A DNA stretch of 21,770 nucleotides from a virus. The position numbers were made by a program, and so were the translations under genes. Where the stretch lies: the UHGV virus genome UHGV-1845973, one strand, 5' to 3'. Positions 6,226-13,414 of this stretch are shown piece after piece. Position 1 is the first letter of the stretch; every line of letters begins with the position of its first letter. The notes below the pieces were generated by a model. That model saw only the letters and a program-made list of their open reading frames with translations. It had not been told where the DNA came from and made no database searches.

Positions 6226-7884
6226 ATGAATAAGATTAGTTTTTCGGTAGGGCAGGCAGCTGGCGTTGCTGTAATGTCAGTAAATGCTGACGCTACCCTC
6301 ACCAATACCAGCGGTGGCGCATCCGTCTTTGCTGGGCTTGTAATATCGCGTCGTGGCGCACCGGGTAAGGTACTGAAAGTTGACGATACGACTTATCAAA
6401 GCGTATTAGGTTCACCGATTCACCCTCGCCAGGGCGCGGCATTTGAACCATATCGCCACGTGGAGCGTGCAGTAAAAGGCGGCTCTGGATATGTCGTTCG
6501 AGTTTGCGCTAAAGACATGAAGGTGCCGGGTATTTCTGTTTCCGTTGTGGGCAAAGCAAAAGCGGCAAAGGCGAGCAAAGAACTTTCCGTTGAACCTACT
6601 GAAACCACAGTAAATCCAGGTGACACATTAAGCGTTGGTGTTGCTTCAACTGCAACGACTCAATCAGTGACCTTCACACCCAAAGAGACGCCCCAGATTA
6701 AAGGTGAAGAGAAGGCATTATTCTTCATCAAAGATGGTGATGCATCTCAAAATCGCACGTTATCACTAACTCGCGATGATGAAGAAAGCGAACTCTTTAC
6801 GCTGACGCTGAAAGAAAAACAAACCGATGGGTCCATTGAGGTGCTGGAAAGCCACCAAGTGTCTTTCAATCCAGAAGGCACCAACGACATGGGCCAACCA
6901 GCATGGATTCCGACACTGCTTGAAAGCCAGTCCACTCGCATTGGTGCCGTACTGGCAGATAATGCAGAAGCATCCGCTGCTCAACTCATTTTTGAGGATG
7001 TAGCTTTTGAAGGTGGTACTGATGGAAATCTGTCCGAAATTAACGCTGCAGACTATCTGGAAGCATTAAAGGTTCTCGAAGCTTCAGAGGTTAATTACAC
7101 CGCATTGCTGTCACTGGGTTGTTATGACGCATCCGCCTTAGCCGCAATCAAAAAGCTGGCTGAAGATGTTCGCGTAGACATGTTCTATGACCTGAAGGGC
7201 AACCAGACACCTGAAAACGCTATTTCAGAAGCGAAAAGCCATAGTTTTGGCGGCTCACATCAACCAAGCCGTTACTACTTCCCGCTCTCCTGCCGAGATA
7301 CCTTCACTGGGATGAATGTCGTCTATGGCATTAGTTGCGACGCATTCGTAGCAAAAGCAAAAGGGGTAGCGCTGGTACCGGATGTTGGTGGTTGGCATTA
7401 CGCACCGGCAGGTATATCACGCGCGATTATTGATCGACAGAACATTGCCCGAATTCCAAATATCGGTGCAGTTGATCGTGAAGCGTTCGTTCTTGCGCGC
7501 ATTAATCCGGTTTCAGTTGCTGCTGATGGGTCCGTTTACATTGACGACTCTTTAACAACTTACAGCAAAAACAACTATCTGCGATTCCAGCATGTGTCTT
7601 CCTTGATGAACGCCATCGCCAGAGATTTCTATGAAGTAGCTCAGGCGATTAAGCACGAACCGGATGGCATTACCAAAGAAACGCTAATGAAAGCAATGAC
7701 TGAATTGCTTGACCGTTACGTTGCAGCCGGTGCGCTGGTTACTCCACGTGACAAGTCCCAGGGTGAAGATCCATACGTTGTTCAGGTTGTCCAAAAGGAC
7801 ATCGATCTGTGGGAAGTGTCCTGGTCTGTTTGTCCGACCGGTACAGCTCGCCGAATCGTCGGTAAGCCAATTCTGATGCGCTGA
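6226..7884 (+). CDS. Tail sheath protein (contractile tail) with an internal Ig-like segment
   Basis: 552 aa. The C-terminal region GWHYAPAGISRAIIDRQ...ARINPVSVAADGSVYIDDSLTTY...LRFQHVSSLMNAI follows the conserved sheath C-terminal pattern (SPAG..RG / INP / V..GD.T / RINVRRL in T4 gp18-type sheaths). An N-proximal segment ELSVEPTETTVNPGDTLSVGV is Big_2-like. Confidence 0.8.
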   Translation: MNKISFSVGQAAGVAVMSVNADATLTNTSGGASVFAGLVISRRGAPGKVLKVDDTTYQSVLGSPIHPRQGAAFEPYRHVERAVKGGSGYVVRVCAKDMKVPGISVSVVGKAKAAKASKELSVEPTETTVNPGDTLSVGVASTATTQSVTFTPKETPQIKGEEKALFFIKDGDASQNRTLSLTRDDEESELFTLTLKEKQTDGSIEVLESHQVSFNPEGTNDMGQPAWIPTLLESQSTRIGAVLADNAEASAAQLIFEDVAFEGGTDGNLSEINAADYLEALKVLEASEVNYTALLSLGCYDASALAAIKKLAEDVRVDMFYDLKGNQTPENAISEAKSHSFGGSHQPSRYYFPLSCRDTFTGMNVVYGISCDAFVAKAKGVALVPDVGGWHYAPAGISRAIIDRQNIARIPNIGAVDREAFVLARINPVSVAADGSVYIDDSLTTYSKNNYLRFQHVSSLMNAIARDFYEVAQAIKHEPDGITKETLMKAMTELLDRYVAAGALVTPRDKSQGEDPYVVQVVQKDIDLWEVSWSVCPTGTARRIVGKPILMR

Positions 7885-7891
7885 TTTATAA

Positions 7892-7913
7892 CCCCCGCTA
7901 AATGATGCGGGGG
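7892..7913 (+). terminator. GC-rich hairpin (7-bp stem CCCCCGC/GCGGGGG, 8-nt loop) downstream of the sheath gene, no U-tract
   Basis: Perfect inverted repeat 8 nt after the sheath stop. It is followed by the RBS GAGAGAGG of the next gene. Confidence 0.3.
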
Positions 7914-7927
7914 AGAGAGGTTTGAAT

Positions 7928-8662
7928 ATGAAAAATTATACTGCTGATCCTTTTATGCGTGCGATTTTCGGTTCTGGCTGCTTTGAAAGCGGTGATAAAT
8001 CCACGCAGGACAATAATGATAACGCCATGCTGGAAAGCGCAGGACAGAAAGGAAAGGACACTCAACCAAAGCCCAAAGACGACATTGAAACCGCGATGAT
8101 GGAAGCGGTTGAATCCCGTGCACAAGGTGATATGCGCAGCCTGGCAGCTTCCATGCTTGCTGGTTGGGTTGAAGATGGTGATCCGGAGGCTGACTCATTT
8201 GATGCATTAGCAATCACTATGGCTGGCCTGGCTGATATCGATGAAGACACCGATTTCACCGATGAGCAAATCGATGCTTATAACGATGCACTCGCAGCTC
8301 TTGCTGATGCAGCTGTTGCGCTTGGCGCTGATCAGGATGATGTAACCGAAATGATCGACGATGAAGATGACTCAGCTGCCGAACGTGTTTATGACGCTCT
8401 TTCCGAAAGCGACACCGACATGATGGAAACAGCTATTGCCATTTACACCGTTGCTGGTGGTGATAGCGCAATGCTGGAAGCGGTACGTAAAAAAGTGGTT
8501 CGTGATGGCAAGGTAACCATCATCCGTAAACGCCCGCGTCCTCGCCGCATGACGTCATTGCAAAAACAGGCGCTGAAAAAAGCACGCCGCAAAGCACATA
8601 CATCCGTAGCGAATATCAACCGCAAAAAATCAATGCGCATTCGCAAAAAACGCGGTTTGTAA
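7928..8662 (+). CDS. Hypothetical virion-associated protein with a strongly acidic body and a strongly basic C-terminal tail
   Basis: 244 aa from ATG 7928 (RBS GAGAGAGG upstream). About 190 D/E-rich residues (e.g. MIDDEDDSAAE) are followed by the basic tail RKRPRPRRMTSLQKQALKKARRKAHTSVANINRKKSMRIRKKRGL. Confidence 0.55.
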   Translation: MKNYTADPFMRAIFGSGCFESGDKSTQDNNDNAMLESAGQKGKDTQPKPKDDIETAMMEAVESRAQGDMRSLAASMLAGWVEDGDPEADSFDALAITMAGLADIDEDTDFTDEQIDAYNDALAALADAAVALGADQDDVTEMIDDEDDSAAERVYDALSESDTDMMETAIAIYTVAGGDSAMLEAVRKKVVRDGKVTIIRKRPRPRRMTSLQKQALKKARRKAHTSVANINRKKSMRIRKKRGL

Positions 8663-8711
8663 GTGACATAGGCCGTCTGCAAAGGTGGCCTCTACCTGGG
8701 AGAAATAGCGT

Positions 8712-9302
8712 TTGATTTGCGGCGCGATAATGCCTGACGGAATAAGTCCGTTAATGAAGGTTTATATCCTCTCTTCAGAGGATATGGTCGTCGGTTATAT
8801 CGGTGAAGGATCTACCGCAGAACTGTCATCAATGTGGCAATCACCATTTGAAAACCAGTCAGTAGGAGGTTTGCTTGGTGGTATTAGCGCTGCGGCTGGC
8901 TCTCTTGCAGATACGCTTCAGACCGCAACCGGCGTAACAACAAAAACCCTCTTCAACTCAATGCTTGTTTGGGAAGGTCAGCAACCGCCTGAATTTAATC
9001 TGGTAATTGATTTCATGGCGACAACGAACGCGCAACTTGAAGTAAACGCAGCCATTACAGCATTGCTGAAGATGGAATCGCCGGAACTGAACAATGTAGC
9101 GCCATTCGGTCGTCGCCCGGAGACAGTAACGTTAAACATAGGTAGGAACATAGCCCTTACCGACGTTGTTATCAAAAGCGTGAGTTACCAACTGGACGCC
9201 CCACGCACACCGGAAGGCTATTTCACTCATAACACGGTAACCCTGCAATGCAGCGGAAACACCTCGATTAACCGTAGCAACATATCATCTGTTTTTGTGT
9301 AG
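8712..9302 (+). CDS. Hypothetical tail protein
   Basis: 196-aa ORF in the sheath-to-tape-measure interval. TTG start with GGGAG 9 nt upstream; internal ATGs at 8730 and 8754 are possible alternative starts. No motif recognised. Confidence 0.45.
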   Translation: MICGAIMPDGISPLMKVYILSSEDMVVGYIGEGSTAELSSMWQSPFENQSVGGLLGGISAAAGSLADTLQTATGVTTKTLFNSMLVWEGQQPPEFNLVIDFMATTNAQLEVNAAITALLKMESPELNNVAPFGRRPETVTLNIGRNIALTDVVIKSVSYQLDAPRTPEGYFTHNTVTLQCSGNTSINRSNISSVFV

Positions 9303-9310
9303 GAGTATTT

Positions 9311-9802
9311 ATGTCCGGTTTTGCAAATACAAAAGCCGATATCGCTTTTCTGAAATCCCGGTTGAACAAAAACCTGGCAGCGGGCGAAAAACTTATTGGT
9401 TCAGAATTCTGGATGACTATTAAAGGTTACGAAAAACTATCTGTACTTGTTCGTACCACTCAGTTGCCGGAAATGACTCGCGAAGACGTGGAAGACTATG
9501 GTCCTGGCGGCATGAAGATCAACCAGCACGGGCCATTGCGTAACTCAGGTGAATTCCAGGTTACCTGCTCTGAAACCATCGAAGGGGATGTTCTGGCCGC
9601 CGTAAAACAAATGGTATATGGCAAAGAATATCTGGAAATTACCTTACAGGCAGCGGCTGAATCCAATAGCGGTAACCATAAAGGTCTGATCCGCACATAT
9701 TATCACTGCAAAGTGTATTCCGACGCAGTGGACTTCTCCACCGAAGACGTAACAGCAGTCGTTAAGCCTTCCCTGCGTATTGTTTACAACTGGGTAGAGT
9801 GA
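9311..9802 (+). CDS. Hypothetical tail protein (tube-sized)
   Basis: 163 aa. RBS AGGAG 5 nt upstream of the ATG, tightly packed after the previous gene. Function inferred from position and size only. Confidence 0.5.
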   Translation: MSGFANTKADIAFLKSRLNKNLAAGEKLIGSEFWMTIKGYEKLSVLVRTTQLPEMTREDVEDYGPGGMKINQHGPLRNSGEFQVTCSETIEGDVLAAVKQMVYGKEYLEITLQAAAESNSGNHKGLIRTYYHCKVYSDAVDFSTEDVTAVVKPSLRIVYNWVE

Positions 9803-9807
9803 TCTCT

Positions 9808-9828
9808 TTCCCGCCCTTGTGGCGGGAA
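9808..9828 (+). terminator. GC-rich hairpin (8-bp stem TTCCCGCC/GGCGGGAA, 5-nt loop), weak T content downstream
   Basis: Perfect inverted repeat 6 nt after the stop at 9802. Confidence 0.3.
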
Positions 9829-9854
9829 CTCCTTGTATTTGAGTTGTAGGTACG

Positions 9855-10406
9855 ATGACACCAACCGAATTATTAGAAAGCGTTAAAGTACGATTTAATC
9901 CACTGCTTGTGCGTGAAGAAGAAACGCTGAAAGCCTTCCTGATCAAAGCTCTGACCACGTATCAGGACAGGGCAGGGGTAGTGAAAACGTTAAAACTTGA
10001 AAAAGCTGGTGGTACTGCAATCCCATTACCAGAAGATTATCTCTCTCTGGTTCATGTTACCGACAACAATGGCCTGTTGGTCTATTCGGATGAATTATCC
10101 GGATTTATTGAATTAGAGCTAACAGGTTCAGAACGCTGGCCTTTTCGAATGCTGTATCTGGTTAATCTACGCGACAGAAAGCTGGATGAATGGCAAGTGC
10201 CTCCTGCAATCATTGGAATGCTGGAGGAATATCTGGAGGCGCTTATCAATGTAAGAAATGTCGCCCGGCAGCGTAGAGCGTCCATCGACGGGAAATTTGA
10301 CTACTCCGATCTGCCCGATGAAGCCACGCTATATGCCCGCGTGCAGGAGATTGAGGAAAAAATGTCCTCAAACCGGGCCATTATTCCGGGGGCTACCATT
10401 TTTTAA
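9855..10406 (+). CDS. Hypothetical tail protein
   Basis: 183-aa ORF in the tail gene block. No motif recognised. Confidence 0.45.
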   Translation: MTPTELLESVKVRFNPLLVREEETLKAFLIKALTTYQDRAGVVKTLKLEKAGGTAIPLPEDYLSLVHVTDNNGLLVYSDELSGFIELELTGSERWPFRMLYLVNLRDRKLDEWQVPPAIIGMLEEYLEALINVRNVARQRRASIDGKFDYSDLPDEATLYARVQEIEEKMSSNRAIIPGATIF

Positions 10407-10421
10407 CGCTGGAGGCGCAGA

Positions 10422-11129
10422 GTGAGTATTTTCAGCAGCGTTGGTAGAACGTTGACCACCGCATTGTCATTTAACACGAAATCATTCACCAGCAACCTCA
10501 TTAGCGACATTCTTGATAAAGCCATATCAGGCGGCGGGGTAAGCGGGAATTACAGTAGCGATATTGCCTACGGGAAAAATATTGTTGCTGCCGCTATGCG
10601 TATCCGTTACGCCCAGGGGTGGCAGTGGACCGTTGAAGTGGATGGCCTGAACGGCTTCGATATGTTCGTGAAGGATATCACCTACAGCAGTGGAAACATT
10701 GAGACAGAAAGCAAGGTGATCGGCAGCGTAGAATTCAGCAAGCCAACCTATGTTAGCGCTGGACCGGTCACTATGACCGTGAGGGATACCGAAGATGGCA
10801 AGATCATGGACTGGTTCAAAGAGCGTCGTTCTCGTGTAACAAATCCTGATGGAACAATAAACCTTCCTCCGGAATATCTGATGAAAATCCGTGTCTACCG
10901 GGTAACTCAGGACGGCGGAAAAGAACTGGAAGAAGAAATGCGCGTATTTCCTACACAACTTGGGGAAATCACTCGCTCACGTGATCAGGTGTCAGAGTTC
11001 TTGTCATACCCAATCACTTTCCAGAAATACACATCTGCAGGCTCAGGTGTTTCTGCCTTGGTCAACGGTGCCGCTGGCATGGCTACAAGTGCGTTAAAGG
11101 GGGCTATCAGTGGAGTGATCAAATTCTGA
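10422..11129 (+). CDS. Hypothetical tail protein (possibly tube, spike or baseplate-associated)
   Basis: 235 aa. GTG start with RBS GGAGG 6 nt upstream. It is the last + strand structural gene before the replicon. Confidence 0.5.
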   Translation: MSIFSSVGRTLTTALSFNTKSFTSNLISDILDKAISGGGVSGNYSSDIAYGKNIVAAAMRIRYAQGWQWTVEVDGLNGFDMFVKDITYSSGNIETESKVIGSVEFSKPTYVSAGPVTMTVRDTEDGKIMDWFKERRSRVTNPDGTINLPPEYLMKIRVYRVTQDGGKELEEEMRVFPTQLGEITRSRDQVSEFLSYPITFQKYTSAGSGVSALVNGAAGMATSALKGAISGVIKF

Positions 11130-11141
11130 AATGCTTTAATT

Positions 11142-11363
11142 ATGTGTGCTGTAGGGAAAGGTTTACGTTAAATGTGTGCTGCCGGGAAACCCCATTGCTC
11201 AAGATGTGTTGTAGAGGGAATGGTAATGGCAACATGTGTGCTGGAGGGGAATTTCGCATGTAAAGAGCGTCATTTATCCCTCCAGCACACATCTGAAATA
11301 AGCAATCCTCTGAAATTCCCTCCACCACACATCCAGACATGAAACTATCCCTTCAGCACACAT
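11142..11363. repeat. incA-like iteron array (7 P1-type RepA-binding iterons) downstream of repA
   Basis: Four copies in one orientation (ATGTGTGCTG[T/C/G]AGGGAAA-like at 11142, 11172, 11204 and 11234; the third is degenerate) and three in the opposite orientation (TCCCTCCAGCACACAT-like at 11277, 11317 and 11348). The core matches the P1 iteron consensus GATGTGTGCTGGAGGGAAA as I recall it. The last iteron overlaps the repA stop codon. Confidence 0.8.
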
Positions 11364-12224
11364 TTAATCTGTTGGTTTAAGTTTCGGATTCCGAGAGTGA
11401 ACGATAATGAAGTTTTCACGACCTTGCTTTTCAATGGTGCAATCGAGATAACCTATTGTTTTTAACTGGTCTATAGCTTTTTTTATCGTTCTGTTTTGCT
11501 CACTTACCGATGACATCAAGGCTAATCTTTCACGTATTCTGGCAAATGAAATAGGTATTGGACGTGCCGGGAGGCTTTCTATAAAGGTATATATGGCCTG
11601 GGCTGCTTCTTTTTTAGGTAAAGCGCGAAGTGCGTGTTGCTGTAGAAGCACCCGATAGTCTAGCTGGAAGATTTCCCATAACTTGGAATCAGCCTCCAGT
11701 TCAACGACATCTGTTTCAAAGTCAAAATATCCCGTTTTAAGCAGGCCAGTATTGTAGCTTCCACGAGCACTTTTCCCTCTTTTGAATGAGATGCCTTTGT
11801 TGCGTAACCGACCTAAAGAATCGTGGATCGTGTTTCTTAATTTCCCATCAAGTCGCTTAGATGGAAATCCGCACGCCTTTGCAAATTCTTGAAAAGAAAG
11901 GCGAATTGTATTCGATGATAAGCCATACTTGCTAAATGAGTAGATTACCCCAATCCAGACTTTGAAATCAGTATCCATGTCCAAGCGAGGGCCAGTGATC
12001 TTGATGTTGTCGTAGCCTTCTGCTTGAGCTATTTCCAATTTGGAAAAAACAGATGATGCATCTATCTCGTTGTTTTCACCCTGTTTTTTAGTTGGTTTAG
12101 GGACGAAAACACCAAGCCGCATAAGTGCGACAGGTTGAACAGTATTGTTCGAATTAACTGTTAATTCTTTAGCCTTGCTTTCAATGTCAGCATAAAGAAT
12201 ATCAGAGATAAATGACTTATCCAT
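11364..12224 (-). CDS. repA: RepA replication initiator, P1 / IncY-type iteron plasmid family
   Basis: 286 aa beginning MDKSFISDILYADIESKAKELTVNSN..., which I recognise as P1 RepA-like, and flanked on both sides by P1-type 19-bp iterons. ATG at 12224; the ORF track adds one upstream TTG codon. Confidence 0.9.
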   Translation of the reverse strand: MDKSFISDILYADIESKAKELTVNSNNTVQPVALMRLGVFVPKPTKKQGENNEIDASSVFSKLEIAQAEGYDNIKITGPRLDMDTDFKVWIGVIYSFSKYGLSSNTIRLSFQEFAKACGFPSKRLDGKLRNTIHDSLGRLRNKGISFKRGKSARGSYNTGLLKTGYFDFETDVVELEADSKLWEIFQLDYRVLLQQHALRALPKKEAAQAIYTFIESLPARPIPISFARIRERLALMSSVSEQNRTIKKAIDQLKTIGYLDCTIEKQGRENFIIVHSRNPKLKPTD

Positions 12225-12262
12225 CAATAAGTTACCGTCATGTTGTGAATAAAGTTTACGAC

Positions 12263-12495
12263 AGTGGATATCCGGCTTTTTTTCCCGTCAGCACACATCC
12301 TACATCCCGTCAGCACACATGTAAAACCCTCCAGCACACATATTTTTCCCGTCAGCACACATCGTTCTCCCTCCAGCACACATCTGAATAGTGGTTAAAG
12401 CCTTATGTGGCGCGGCCTGAAGAGCTACGGGATCTATTTGGTACTATATGGATCTAATCAGGATCTATATATTGGATCTATCCTGTGGATAAAAA
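12263..12495. other. oriR-like replication origin: iterons, GATC-heptamer cluster and DnaA box
   Basis: Perfect DnaA box TGTGGATAA at 12484..12492. Four GATC sites inside GGATCTA heptamers at 12431, 12451, 12462 and 12475. A degenerate DnaA-like box AGTGGATAT at 12263. This DnaA box / methylatable GATC repeats / 5 iterons / repA layout matches the P1 R origin as I recall it. Confidence 0.7.
12283..12385. repeat. incC-like origin iterons (5 direct repeats) covering the repA promoter region
   Basis: Five copies of CCC[G/T][T/C]CAGCACACAT at about 12283, 12305, 12326, 12348 and 12368, regularly spaced at ~21-22 bp and all in the same orientation, immediately upstream of repA. Confidence 0.85.
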
Positions 12496-12578
12496 AGAAG
12501 AATTACAAAGCTCCACCCAATTTCACACACTACCTATCCTCCAACGAATAAACAGACATCTGCTTATCGGAGGAATAC

Positions 12579-13400
12579 TTGAACATTCCAAAATTCCCAT
12601 TGCCTTCCCGTCCTGAGACAGAAATTCAGTTCCACGCCCCTACCGTGAAGGATGCGCTGAAATATTCTGACCTGAACCCGGCAGAAGATGAGGCAACTAC
12701 TACAGAGTACCTTAACTCTATGCAGGATGGTGAAATTAACGACAGTGCTTACTGGACAGTCCAGGATCGCAGAACTGCCCTTTGGTGGATATTTGTTAAT
12801 TCGCGCCCCGATGCAGTAATGACCTACTCCTATGAGTGCAGTCACTGCGGTAATACGCATCATGCAGATATTAACCTGAGCGACCTGGCCCAAACAGTAG
12901 AAATACTCACTGTACCTCCTTACGTGAAAACCAACGTACCAGTAAATGGAGTACCAACTGACTGGATACTTAAACCATTAACCGGGAAAGGTGCGGAACT
13001 CCTTGAACGAATGCGAGCGTCACTTCCTGATATGAAAAGTCCCGAATACAGTGCTGGCGTAGCACGGATGCGAATTGCTGAACTCGCTTTATGCACGGCG
13101 CTTGAAGACGATCCGGAGGACTTCACGCAGGCCGCTAACCGACGCTTTGACATCATTGAAAGCATGGCGCTTGAAACCGAATTTACTCCGCTTGTGGCTC
13201 GCATACAGCTTATGCAAAAAGACCTACGTCACGGCCTGAAAATGTCTATTGAGAGAGGCTCAAGCCGACTGATCCTGCCTCCGCAACATTGCAAAAACGC
13301 TAAGGAGGGTGCAGATGTGACAACCACACTGTACGTCCCCTTTCTCAATAGAGAGTTTATCCCATCAATTAGATCTGAATGGATGGCTAACCATTATTAA
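12579..13400 (+). CDS. Hypothetical protein with a Cys/His cluster, immediately upstream of the tape-measure gene
   Basis: 273 aa. TTG start with strong RBS GGAGG 6 nt upstream. Contains YECSHCGNTHHADINL. Possibly a tail assembly or tail structural protein by position. Confidence 0.5.
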   Translation: MNIPKFPLPSRPETEIQFHAPTVKDALKYSDLNPAEDEATTTEYLNSMQDGEINDSAYWTVQDRRTALWWIFVNSRPDAVMTYSYECSHCGNTHHADINLSDLAQTVEILTVPPYVKTNVPVNGVPTDWILKPLTGKGAELLERMRASLPDMKSPEYSAGVARMRIAELALCTALEDDPEDFTQAANRRFDIIESMALETEFTPLVARIQLMQKDLRHGLKMSIERGSSRLILPPQHCKNAKEGADVTTTLYVPFLNREFIPSIRSEWMANHY

Positions 13401-13414
13401 CAACCTGACTCTGT

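Noticed and set aside
12262-12282. GGATATCC palindrome followed by a T7 run as an intrinsic terminator
   Set aside because: The stem is only 4 bp and the sequence sits inside the origin next to the iterons. More likely a degenerate DnaA box with an AT-rich origin element.
11142-12385. Short repeats with spacers flanking repA as a possible CRISPR array
   Set aside because: The repeats are 19-bp units in both orientations with irregular short spacing and flank a RepA initiator gene. This is the signature of plasmid iterons, not CRISPR.
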